From Cyanophora paradoxa CCMP329 (taxonomy: Eukaryota > Plantae > Glaucophyta), in assembly GCA_004431415.1 (NCBI GenBank), contig QPMI01000089.1, positions 1 to 64,000 on the forward strand: a DNA stretch of 64,000 nucleotides. The letters are read 5' to 3'. Shown one piece after another: positions 11,182-20,680 of this stretch (within the stretch, counting starts at the first letter, position 1; every line of letters begins with the position of its first letter). Under the pieces are notes generated by a model. It saw only the letters and a list, made by a program, of their open reading frames with translations, made no database searches and was not told the DNA's origin. A program made the translations under genes and the position numbers.

Positions 11182-12231
11182 TTATAATCTACTGATGAGA
11201 TGCCCCCCGAAACAGGTAGTACCACCAATTGTCCCCGCCGGTTCAACAAAGATGTACGATGACCAGATATGTATGACATTCACATATTCGTTTGTATATA
11301 CAGGAAAAGAAGCCTCCATGTGAACACTTCGCTTTCCATTGAAAGTTGAAAATACTTGAACAGATTGGGGGGAAATAAACAAATCATTCTTTTGAAAACA
11401 AATTCTACACTCCCCTGTGGATGATGTTGTTGACATTTGAACCATAAAGAAGAATCTATAAATTCCTGAAACAGGTGCTGTAAAATTGCCTGCGTTGCTG
11501 ACACTATTGCTTGCATCTACAAGAACTCTATTATAAGTGAATTTCCTTGTTGCTACTGTTGCTACAACATTAAATCCTGATGTTGAATAAGCAACAACAC
11601 AAAAACGAGGGTGTGGAACTTTCAGATATTTAAGTAGATTAATGGACGGGGAAACATTGTTAACGGTTGCTGTAACCACTGCATTTCTCTTTAAATTCAG
11701 TGCAGCTGTTGTTTCAATTTCAGGTGTGTTTAACTTTGTGGAGAAGACACCAACGCCAACTGAAAGACTACTCGCATTAAATCCACCCTGAAAAGTTATT
11801 GGACTCTCAAAAGTTCCACTTCCAGCATTTAGTATGGGTGCTGTTACTGTTCCATTCACCTTAAATGCCTCTCCAAAGTAAGCACCTCCACTTCTGACTA
11901 CAAGAGCTGCAGTATTGCTTGTGTTCCAAAAACTAACTATCTGTGCCGTGGTGAATCCACCCACATTATCATAGATTGCTGAATCAGGGACTACCTGACC
12001 TGCTTGAACTTGGTTTTTATTCGAGATAATAATGCCTGTGGTTCTTATCTTGCCTCCATTGCGATCACATCGAATTTCTTTGACTCTGAGTATATTATTC
12101 TCTGTGAAAGAGGTATTGCTTGTAGTCTCAGTGCATATATTCCCGGGTGTAGAGTCGACTACTTCATGAGAGGTGCTATGGAGTGATTTCGCTGCGAGTT
12201 CATAGTTTGGGATTTCTGATAGAGAGGTCAT
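11182..12231 (-). CDS. Fibre protein with C-terminal C1q/TNF-like domain (paralog D)
   Basis: Shared N-domain; GNFTAPVSGIYRFFF...FGGHLI; start MTSLSE set by E2 ortholog. Confidence 0.8.
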   Translation of the reverse strand: MTSLSEIPNYELAAKSLHSTSHEVVDSTPGNICTETTSNTSFTENNILRVKEIRCDRNGGKIRTTGIIISNKNQVQAGQVVPDSAIYDNVGGFTTAQIVSFWNTSNTAALVVRSGGAYFGEAFKVNGTVTAPILNAGSGTFESPITFQGGFNASSLSVGVGVFSTKLNTPEIETTAALNLKRNAVVTATVNNVSPSINLLKYLKVPHPRFCVVAYSTSGFNVVATVATRKFTYNRVLVDASNSVSNAGNFTAPVSGIYRFFFMVQMSTTSSTGECRICFQKNDLFISPQSVQVFSTFNGKRSVHMEASFPVYTNEYVNVIHIWSSYIFVEPAGTIGGTTCFGGHLISRL

Positions 12232-12250
12232 CTTTATAATTACTAAATAG

Positions 12251-15200
12251 TTAAATTGCGACAGCAATATAATGAATTGTAACAGTTTTGGATGAATTAA
12301 TCATTGCATATGGATCAGTGAAAAGTTCACACGTGAAATAGTTACTGTAAACATTCAACAGGTTCACAGTAAAAACGACGGGAGTTGCTTGATAATTTGG
12401 ATCTTGTCCTTCATGCCTTGCTGTTGCTGTCACAACAGGAGGAGAAGCAAAGGCATTGGTAAAATAGATAGTTAGATTGAACACATATAGATTATTGTAA
12501 TCTAAAACGGGAGTAGTGTAAACGTACTTTCCTGCTTGAATTTTCCCATTAAAAAATGCATTGAGTTGACTGGAAAGATCCGCTTCTGTGATACATCTAC
12601 TGATAGTAGCAGTATTGGAAGGGTTCATAGCATAGAAATTTCTTGCATAGGCATTTCCACGAACAAGTAAGGTTTTATCAAAGTAATTTTGGGAATTGTG
12701 GAAGAACCATGTTTCTTCAAACATAGGTCCTGCTGGTTCTACAATCTGACCTGATCCTACATACATTGTATTATTGGCTCTGATAGTGGTAGCTGTAAAG
12801 GGATCAAGGGTAGGTTTATTTGTCAAATCATTGTAGTTACCTGAGAATATAGCGGGTTTGTTATAGATATCTGTATTCCAATCATGAGTGTGTGCGAAAT
12901 CTGTAATGTCTGCCTTTGTGTGAGTGTGTGCAAAGTCTGTTATCTCACTCTTTACATGAGTGTGTGCAAAATCTGAGATCTCGGATTTAAAATGGGTGTG
13001 AGCGAAATTCGTTATTTCTGCCCTTGTATGGGTGTGTGCAAAATCTGTGATCTGGGATTTTGTGTGAGTGTGTGCAAAATCTGTGATCTCTGCCTTTGTG
13101 TGGGTGTGTGCTCGATTATTCAGATCGAGGAAACTCCCCGAAAATGCAACAGGATGTAGATTTCCTGCGGTGGGTTTATTAATGAGATCATTATAGTCAC
13201 CTGTGAACGAAATGGTTTTCAGTTCACCCCTTCCTACATAATCAGAAGGTAGGTCAATCTTAATGGGCATAATAGCTGGATCAATAGGAATCTCGTACTC
13301 AGCTCCTGGGTGAACCACAGGGAAGGTTTGATCACTTTCAGTGTGAACAAAAAAGTTGTCAGCAGTCACTGTTCCATCAATAGTTCCTCCTGTCAAGGGC
13401 AGGTAATTCCCAGTCACAGCTAGACCTGCAATAACTAAAGCGAGCTCTGTTTCATCTACATAGTTTTGGGCTTGAAGGAAATCCTCTGTGACCACTCTGG
13501 ATATAGTCTCGTTGTGAATGTTCTTTGCTGCTGCCCTCTGATTTATTTCTAAAACACCCTCGCCAACTCCACCATTATAATTCGTCTTTATCCATGCTAT
13601 TTCACATTTCTTATAATCGTCTCGGTTTCCTATCAGAGCATTGGGTAAAAGGCGTTCACGGCTAAATACCAATTTCGGTCTCGATGAATCTAAATCGCTA
13701 ACATCTGTTACATTAATTTGGATTGCAGAATGAAAATCAGCATGGGAGAGAGGATCCAACGGCAGTGAAGGCAAAGGAGGTAGAACAGATGTCATTTCGA
13801 TGTCAGAGGCGTAGTAGTTTGTGACATAAATACTTGGGAACGTGTCCTGCAAGCCAATATTTCCACCTGCAGCAACTATCTCCATTCCGCGGGGAATCCG
13901 TACAAACAAAGAGCCTGACATGTCAGTGTTGGCACGAATTCCCTGCCTGTGGACATAGTGTTCATTCAAATATAACCTTTCAGGGGTGTTGATTGATTTG
14001 TATAGAGAGACAGCAAGTGTGACAGGAAGCTCTGACTTTGCGAACTCGGGTTGCTCATCGATCTCACTCCAAACGTGTCTGTGATCCTCAGGTGGAAATT
14101 CAAGCGGTACATTATCAAGGTCACCCCAGTCGTGTCTATGGTCCTCTGGTGGAAATTTAAGCGGTTTATTATCGATATCATCCCAGTCGTGTCTATGATC
14201 TTCTGGTGGAAATTGCAACGGTTTATTATCGATTTCATCCCAGTTATGTCTGTGATCTTCCGGTGGAAAACTCCCAGGTTTATTGGTTATTGATTCCCAG
14301 TCCACTGTGAACTCCAAGGGGAAGAAAATAGGATCAAAGCCGTCTGGAAGCAGCTGCTCATGGGGAATCACAGGCTGCTCGTACTCGAGTTCTTGAACAT
14401 CTAAGCCATCAGGAAGTAACTGCTCTTCAGGCTCTGTGTACATTTCGAGTGGGAAAACTTCAATATCAGGCGGCAGGTATTCCTCATGTGGATGCTTATA
14501 GGGTTCTATCACTGGACGATTCCTGACAGCCTCCCATGATATAATATTTTGACCAAATGGGATTGTCTCATCGGCAACTCGCTCTCGACCTGGGCCATCC
14601 GGGGTTGGCGGCTTTGGTAGCCCTGGAAGAGGTGGTATAGGTGGTATAGGGACAATAGGTCCAAAGTAGTAGTTGAAAATGTTTATTATCTCCGGTTCAG
14701 TGATTACTTTTTTGCCGTCTTGGTAAATACTTGTTCCATGAATATTTCGCCACTGTCTGGTGCGAAGCCCTAGGTCATATCTATCATGCAATGCCGGGAG
14801 CAGGTGTCTGTCAGCCTCTATGAGAATAGAGCCCAAGGTGCATCCAGGAATATCTAACCTGGTAGCAGGCTCTGTATCAATTTGATTAACATCAAATCCG
14901 TATAAAATATTTGTTTCTCGTGCAGCTGTATAAAGTAAATCCCAGGGAAATGGTTGGATTTGCGATGATAGCACTGATATCCCTGCGTCTTCACCAAGGA
15001 GGATTCGCCCTGTAATTTGAGCAGCTGTCTTGTTCGTGATGGCATTGGATTCATCAATAAGGCGTAGAGCTGATGTGTGGACCCCTCTATCATTTTGAAG
15101 CCTAAATATTAATCTACCAGAATCATACTTGGAAACTGTGCCTGAGGAGGCAATGCGTAGGTGACGCGGTAAAGCCCTGGATCCGACTATTTCAGCAACA

Positions 15201-15427
15201 TAGTTCTCAGCTGGACCCAGACAAAATCTCTGTGCGATATTTGGGGCACCGACGTGTGAATTGCGCAGAATTAACGCAGCTGGGCGATTAAACTCGGTCT
15301 GGTGTATGTCACGATCAGCATTGTAGTCAGCCAAGATGCTTCCGAAAACGCGAATATTTATATGTCGATCATCCACGAGATCTGGAGCTTTACGAAGTGG
15401 CACTGGCTTCTTCAAGATGTAGGACAT
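12251..15427 (-). CDS. Large fibre protein with phage-tail-type repeats and C-terminal H-type-lectin/gp53-like domain
   Basis: Repeats FPPEDHRHxWxxIDNKP, HTHTKxEITDFA, SGxYNDLxNKP; tip FTNAFASPPVVTAT; ATG at 15427. Confidence 0.8.
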   Translation of the reverse strand: MSYILKKPVPLRKAPDLVDDRHINIRVFGSILADYNADRDIHQTEFNRPAALILRNSHVGAPNIAQRFCLGPAENYVAEIVGSRALPRHLRIASSGTVSKYDSGRLIFRLQNDRGVHTSALRLIDESNAITNKTAAQITGRILLGEDAGISVLSSQIQPFPWDLLYTAARETNILYGFDVNQIDTEPATRLDIPGCTLGSILIEADRHLLPALHDRYDLGLRTRQWRNIHGTSIYQDGKKVITEPEIINIFNYYFGPIVPIPPIPPLPGLPKPPTPDGPGRERVADETIPFGQNIISWEAVRNRPVIEPYKHPHEEYLPPDIEVFPLEMYTEPEEQLLPDGLDVQELEYEQPVIPHEQLLPDGFDPIFFPLEFTVDWESITNKPGSFPPEDHRHNWDEIDNKPLQFPPEDHRHDWDDIDNKPLKFPPEDHRHDWGDLDNVPLEFPPEDHRHVWSEIDEQPEFAKSELPVTLAVSLYKSINTPERLYLNEHYVHRQGIRANTDMSGSLFVRIPRGMEIVAAGGNIGLQDTFPSIYVTNYYASDIEMTSVLPPLPSLPLDPLSHADFHSAIQINVTDVSDLDSSRPKLVFSRERLLPNALIGNRDDYKKCEIAWIKTNYNGGVGEGVLEINQRAAAKNIHNETISRVVTEDFLQAQNYVDETELALVIAGLAVTGNYLPLTGGTIDGTVTADNFFVHTESDQTFPVVHPGAEYEIPIDPAIMPIKIDLPSDYVGRGELKTISFTGDYNDLINKPTAGNLHPVAFSGSFLDLNNRAHTHTKAEITDFAHTHTKSQITDFAHTHTRAEITNFAHTHFKSEISDFAHTHVKSEITDFAHTHTKADITDFAHTHDWNTDIYNKPAIFSGNYNDLTNKPTLDPFTATTIRANNTMYVGSGQIVEPAGPMFEETWFFHNSQNYFDKTLLVRGNAYARNFYAMNPSNTATISRCITEADLSSQLNAFFNGKIQAGKYVYTTPVLDYNNLYVFNLTIYFTNAFASPPVVTATARHEGQDPNYQATPVVFTVNLLNVYSNYFTCELFTDPYAMINSSKTVTIHYIAVAI

Positions 15428-15449
15428 TTTATATAAGCCCCTTTTAAAA

Positions 15450-16934
15450 ATGAAGGTGATTCTCTCGTTATCAGGTGGAGGTGCTCGTGGTATAATTATT
15501 GCCAGAATTCTGCAACGGATCGAGGCGATTACTGGGAAAGCAATTCCACAGCTGTTTGATTTCTTTGCAGGCACCTCGACAGGGGCAATAATAGCGGCCG
15601 GTTTGGCTATCCCATCAACTCCAGGCTCTGTTCTCGCTTACCGATATTCTGCAGGTGATATCTTGAGTCTATATCAAACGAACCTGCCAACAATATTTGC
15701 AAATCCAAGATCACTGACAAGCTTGCTCTCAGGCAGCCGCTATGATGCAAACCCTCTGGAGTCGGTGCTCACAGACGTTGCCCAGGACTACACAATTGCA
15801 GAATCGACAAAAGATGTATTAATAACAGCGTTTGATACAGTTCGGATGCAGCCAGTAGTTTTTACGAAGGATGGGCCATATTCAAGCACGCTGATTCGTG
15901 ATGCAGTGAGAGCATCTTCTGCAGCGCCTACATTCTTTCCACCGAAGGTTCTAGGGGACAAAAACCTTGTTGACGGGGCGATAGCCTGTTTGAATAATCC
16001 CTCAGTTGCTGCACTCAGCCACGCCAGTAAAATTTACGATGCAGAAGATCCAATTGTTCTTGTGAGCATTAGCTGTGGTGAGGTCCAAGCCAGTGAGCAA
16101 TTAACTGCAGGCTTTTCGAATTCGGAGACGTCAGGCTGGGGCGCTCTGGGCTGGATCCTATCCCTCTCAGGCAGCCCAATCATTTCTATGCTAATGTCAG
16201 GTAGCGAGCTGGAATCGCACTTTCAAATGCAGGAACTGCTTCCAGTTGATGCAGATAGGAATCTAACTAGATACTGGCGTTTAAGTGTTCCGCTGCCAGC
16301 TGCAGTCATGAGCAAGCTTGATGATGCCTCTCCATCGAATATTTCTTATTTGATTTCCACAACTGACTTATGGCTGAAACAAATCGAAATAAATGCTAAA
16401 ATAAATGCACTCTGCAGTTTTCTATTGGCGAACTACGACCTACTGAACGATGAGAGACTTATCATATCGTCTACTTTAACAGTTGAGCCTCCATTTGATG
16501 TCAACTGGTTTATAATTCCAGATGCGAATATCACAAGCAACGACTTCGAGGAATTGCACCCACCTTCTCACGTGCGACCCAACTCAACAGGGTTTCAGGG
16601 TGGCACTTTACCTAATCCCTGGATCAAAGTCGAGTTTCCCAAGCCTTTTGAGCTACATCAAATCATTATGTATGGGCCAGCCTTTGCTGCCGGAGTCCTA
16701 TTTAATTTCAGCATTCTGACCAACTTAGGATATTTACGAGACGGGGCACTATTTGAAAACACAGTCCTAGCAAATGTGCTTGCTGCGAACCCAACAATGA
16801 CAGGCTTCGATCTAATGCATAGTGACTCGCATTTGATCACCCCACAGGTATATAACTATGTGCAAATTATAACAAACGAATTTATAAATGTGAATGCATT
16901 CCGGCTTGATTTCCGGGGACGTTACATTAATTAG
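15450..16934 (+). CDS. Patatin-like phospholipase with C-terminal discoidin (F5/8-C)-like domain
   Basis: GGGARG, GTSTG, SSAAPTFF, DGA motifs; C-terminal WIKVEF...FRLDFRG. Confidence 0.9.
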   Translation: MKVILSLSGGGARGIIIARILQRIEAITGKAIPQLFDFFAGTSTGAIIAAGLAIPSTPGSVLAYRYSAGDILSLYQTNLPTIFANPRSLTSLLSGSRYDANPLESVLTDVAQDYTIAESTKDVLITAFDTVRMQPVVFTKDGPYSSTLIRDAVRASSAAPTFFPPKVLGDKNLVDGAIACLNNPSVAALSHASKIYDAEDPIVLVSISCGEVQASEQLTAGFSNSETSGWGALGWILSLSGSPIISMLMSGSELESHFQMQELLPVDADRNLTRYWRLSVPLPAAVMSKLDDASPSNISYLISTTDLWLKQIEINAKINALCSFLLANYDLLNDERLIISSTLTVEPPFDVNWFIIPDANITSNDFEELHPPSHVRPNSTGFQGGTLPNPWIKVEFPKPFELHQIIMYGPAFAAGVLFNFSILTNLGYLRDGALFENTVLANVLAANPTMTGFDLMHSDSHLITPQVYNYVQIITNEFINVNAFRLDFRGRYIN

Positions 16935-17259
16935 GCGGCGGCATGAATGCCCAGGAAATCAGAGAGAGTCCAAGACGTGTTGGAATAGTTCTGCCAGATT
17001 TATCTTTCTCCCAAAATGGTGCTCCATTACGCCCTCCCAGTCGCCTCTTAATGTAATTCTCTCTTCGCTGATACCAAGTTGTGTTTTTGGTTGCGAGCTC
17101 CTTTTTGATTCCGTCAGGACCAAATCGGCGGTAAGCTTGCAGAAAACCTATGTTTGTTTGTGTGCTCGGCTTATCTCCAATCGCAACAAGTGATACTTTT
17201 TTGTCCCGCATCAACGGCAAGTACTTTTCAATCTGAGCTATGGGCATCAACTGCGACAT
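16927..17259 (-). CDS. Small basic viral hypothetical protein
   Basis: KVS...GFLQAYRR...W..RR..YI.RRL...PTR..L.LI.WA.P recalls a small family from large algal DNA viruses (from memory); absent in E2. Confidence 0.6.
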   Translation of the reverse strand: MSQLMPIAQIEKYLPLMRDKKVSLVAIGDKPSTQTNIGFLQAYRRFGPDGIKKELATKNTTWYQRRENYIKRRLGGRNGAPFWEKDKSGRTIPTRLGLSLISWAFMPPPN

Positions 17260-17286
17260 TTTTGATATATTGTGCCGCTTTTAAAA

Positions 17287-18239
17287 TCAGTGCGAGGCCC
17301 TTTCGCTTGTCTGGCGACTTTCCCTAGTTATGAACTGCAGTTCACCAGACCAAGGCAGGCCGTTCAGTGATACATCATCACCATCTCTGTCTACAATGCG
17401 CAGTCGCAAGGAAGTCAACACAAGACGCTCTTCGATGGGGATCCATTCGCCGTTGTGATCCTGATTTATGTAAACGAACTTGCCAACATCCTGGCTCATC
17501 TGGATTCGAGCAAGCCCGTAATTGCACATTGATTTAGCCCCACGGCGAAGCTTTGAAGCAAATGGCCGTAGCTCTTCGCAGACAAGGAAGAGGTACTGGT
17601 CGCTGTTCATGTCGATTATCTTTGGAAATTCGACAGCATAACCAAGTGGCTCACTCCGCATTCTTCCGGTGAAATCGATGCCGTACTCAGGGTGTGCAGG
17701 TGTAACTGGAATGCCAGCAACCTCCAGATACCGCTCAGCTGCAGTAACTGGCCTTTGCCCCCTTCAAGCACGATAGGAGACAGCTGGAGGGGCTCATTTC
17801 TGTTCAGCCCGAGCAGATTTGATAGAGCTTTGAACTGGCAGGTCACTGTGCAGGAACGGTTGCAATAGGCAGACATCTTCAGTGTCTCTGGGTCCCTAAA
17901 CAATTTGAAATATGCAATAACAATTCCCCCCAGCTCAAACTTAAACGATAGGCCAAAGTTGTAAATATCTGTTTCGCCCATATTTGCAGTCGTAATTATG
18001 CCAGGCTCAAAAACCGCCAGATTTTCCGTCCAAATGTTGGGAAAGGTGATCGAAAGATACTCATCTTTAATGCTGGTATAAAGACTATTTGCGAACTCAC
18101 ACTGAGTAAGTCGAACAGCAACTGGATTGATTATAGGCTCATTGATTTCGAGCACAAAGTTTGCCTCTGAATCGATTGGCCTTCTGTCTCTGCTGTCAAA
18201 GGTAAGCCTGGCGCAGCGTCGATGCTTGTCTTCGACCAT
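17287..18239 (-). CDS. Minor capsid (penton)-like protein 1, split by a frameshift near 17760
   Basis: FDSRDR start and C-terminal LRIVD..G..V.LNG; joined product aligns with intact 45927-46859 (PVTPAHP vs PITPDHP); shift at a 5-nt homopolymer. Confidence 0.75.
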
Positions 18240-18267
18240 TTTTTATTCTCTAACTGATATAAAAAAG

Positions 18268-19224
18268 ATGCCGACGGACTACGTCTGCATTGCAAGTCAC
18301 CTAGCAGATGAGCTTTTATCAACCTCAAAATTCAAGGTTAGACTGCCTAAAATTTATCAGGATGTGAAAGCTGTGCGCTTGGTATCAGCTGAGATCCCCA
18401 ACACAATGAGCACAATTGATATACTCGATCCAGCAGAGGATTTGGTCTTTGACACCTATATATATTGGTGCAAATATGATCCTGCAAATGAGGGACCAGA
18501 CCCACCTCAGCCAGGCTTTGGTGCGTGGAATAACATTGCGATTCCACCTGGAAATTACGACGTCACCTCGCTTGTGACAAAGATAAACGAAAGGTTGACG
18601 GGGACTGGTATCACGTGCACGTATAATTCAGCGGTTAAATTAATAGGGTTCACAGCTAGCTTCGAGTTCTTTATTGCTCTGATGTTGCCACCTAACCAGG
18701 GTGGGCGGGAAGTCAGAAACTACCAGGCTGTTGCAAGGGCTCAAAGAACTGCAAAGCTTCTAGGGCTGAGATCAATTCTACCGATCCGGTCGAAGGATTT
18801 ATCTGTCGATGTTCAATATATAGAGGGCGCTTATGAACCTGATGTCACTCCCGATGATCATGTGCTCCTTCGCATTCCTGAAATTGGTGACCTTGTCAGT
18901 ATGCCCAATACTTCAATACCTGGCTTCTTTGCCAAAATTAGCATTCCAAATAGCCTTCGTCCTGGTGAGACAGCCTACTACGATTCAACTGAAGCAACTC
19001 CTTTGTATAAGTATGTTTATTCAAAGCTGGACCTCTACTCTGTGACTATTGAAATTTACGATTTTATGCAGCGAATTGCTGATTTAAATGGAGCTCCTGT
19101 CTCATTTATTCTCGAAATTCGTTATGGTCCAGACGAACCCAATGGGGATGTTGTCTACGAGCTTGCAAAGCTTCAGCTCCAGAAAAGGTCAAAGACATAT
19201 CCTTGGATCAATTCGTCAAATTGA
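18268..19224 (+). CDS. Minor capsid (penton)-like protein 2
   Basis: Y.DVKAVRLVSAEIPN, IPPGNY, DLNGAPVSFILEI typical of single-jelly-roll mCP; directly upstream of MCP. Confidence 0.75.
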   Translation: MPTDYVCIASHLADELLSTSKFKVRLPKIYQDVKAVRLVSAEIPNTMSTIDILDPAEDLVFDTYIYWCKYDPANEGPDPPQPGFGAWNNIAIPPGNYDVTSLVTKINERLTGTGITCTYNSAVKLIGFTASFEFFIALMLPPNQGGREVRNYQAVARAQRTAKLLGLRSILPIRSKDLSVDVQYIEGAYEPDVTPDDHVLLRIPEIGDLVSMPNTSIPGFFAKISIPNSLRPGETAYYDSTEATPLYKYVYSKLDLYSVTIEIYDFMQRIADLNGAPVSFILEIRYGPDEPNGDVVYELAKLQLQKRSKTYPWINSSN

Positions 19225-19269
19225 GCTAAGCGCCCAAATTATTTTCTTTCACTGCAATTATATACTTCA

Positions 19270-20658
19270 ATGGATGTTACCCAAAACTTGCAGCGGCTCG
19301 GTCTCAAAGAGCTCCTGACAACTCCGCAGGAAGCAAAGGACTTCTTCATGAACAATGAGCTTATGTTAGGTCTAACCAGCCAAACAAAGCCTGTGCGTGT
19401 TGTTGTCAACCCAAGCAATGACTATGGAGACTGCTTCGGAAAGAGGGTTACTTATTTCCTGCCCCGCTACAATTTCCTTCAGGGGCTCGAACTCCAGTTT
19501 ACCCTTCCAGAGCTGACAGCATTTACTGGTGACACTGACCTGGTTCGCACTGGGTATTTGCGGTCTGTTGGTGCTCTCGTAAAGCGAATCGAAATCAAAT
19601 ATGCTTCCTACAGCTACATTGTCCCCGAGGACTGGCTTGTTCACAGCGCTCTGATTTTCAATGATGATGCTCAGCTTAAAAAGAAATACCGGTCCGGTGG
19701 CTGGCTACATGGAACACCACCTCAGGGGACAAATCGTGCTGGAGGCATTTTCAGTGTAAAAATCCCCTGTCCATGGGAGGGTTCAGTGCTACCCATTGGT
19801 GCTCTATCTGGCGAGGTGTCTGTCGAGGTTTGGTTCCGTGATCGTGCCCAGGGCTTCGTCGAAACCAGCTATGGTGGTAGGTTTGTAACAGAATATGCCA
19901 TAGGCGGTGATGCTTCTAAAGAAGATGGACTCGGGAGCGTGGGAGCTGCTGCTGCATCCCCTGCAAACATTGGCCAGAATATAACCCCCAATGTTCTCAG
20001 TGTCACCCCTGCCAATCCCGAGCTATCGAATCCAAAGATTATTGCTCACTGCATCAACGTTGATGAGGCCACTTTTGCCCAGGTGATTGAGAAAGTCAAA
20101 ACGTCTGGAATCGCAATTCCCGCTACCGATGTCGGCTGGGTTGATGCTGATTCAATTACTTATGCAGGTGCGGGAGCGCCCACCCGGATTAATCTGTCTC
20201 AAATCAGTGGACTTTGCTACGGCCTGTTCGTTAGCATTCGTAAGCAGACAAATATGAACCAAACTGACGGAAAACACAGTGTCCTCAAAACCGAGGCAAA
20301 TACTCGTGATATAACTATTTCCTGCGAATTGAATGGCCAGCGGCTTTATTCAAACGAGCCTGTTCCTCTATTGCAAGGTGCTGAACTCATCGCTGATGTC
20401 TTCAAGTGCTCAAATTTAGACGCGCCTCTTAACAGATATGTTCTGACTGGTTTGCCATTTTGCATTAGTGGAGATAAATCGATTCGAAATGCTGCTCAAA
20501 CTGGTTTCGTAGATCTGACGAACTCGAGCAGCTGCTTCCTGAATATCATGAATCCTGCCGCTTACGATGCAAACAACAAGATTTACGTCCAAATTCGCGC
20601 TCTCCTGCACACTGTCCTAATTGTTGATGCTGCGGGTCTTCGTAAGGTGAACCTCTAG
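19270..20658 (+). CDS. Major capsid protein (double jelly-roll)
   Basis: 462 aa; FGKRVTYFLPR..FLQGLELQFTLP, IPCPW, LPIGAL..EV.VEV.F motifs; between penton and ATPase. Confidence 0.8.
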   Translation: MDVTQNLQRLGLKELLTTPQEAKDFFMNNELMLGLTSQTKPVRVVVNPSNDYGDCFGKRVTYFLPRYNFLQGLELQFTLPELTAFTGDTDLVRTGYLRSVGALVKRIEIKYASYSYIVPEDWLVHSALIFNDDAQLKKKYRSGGWLHGTPPQGTNRAGGIFSVKIPCPWEGSVLPIGALSGEVSVEVWFRDRAQGFVETSYGGRFVTEYAIGGDASKEDGLGSVGAAAASPANIGQNITPNVLSVTPANPELSNPKIIAHCINVDEATFAQVIEKVKTSGIAIPATDVGWVDADSITYAGAGAPTRINLSQISGLCYGLFVSIRKQTNMNQTDGKHSVLKTEANTRDITISCELNGQRLYSNEPVPLLQGAELIADVFKCSNLDAPLNRYVLTGLPFCISGDKSIRNAAQTGFVDLTNSSSCFLNIMNPAAYDANNKIYVQIRALLHTVLIVDAAGLRKVNL

Positions 20659-20680
20659 TCGTATCTCGGTAGTTAATTTT

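Noticed and set aside
10137-15427. Diversity-generating retroelement acting on fibre tips
   Set aside because: No reverse transcriptase and no TR/VR pair with adenine-specific differences is visible.
15428-15574. N-terminal extensions of ORFs 12251-15574, 18127-19224 and 22613-23020
   Set aside because: They overlap divergent genes; downstream ATGs fit better, and for the first two match the E2 gene layout.
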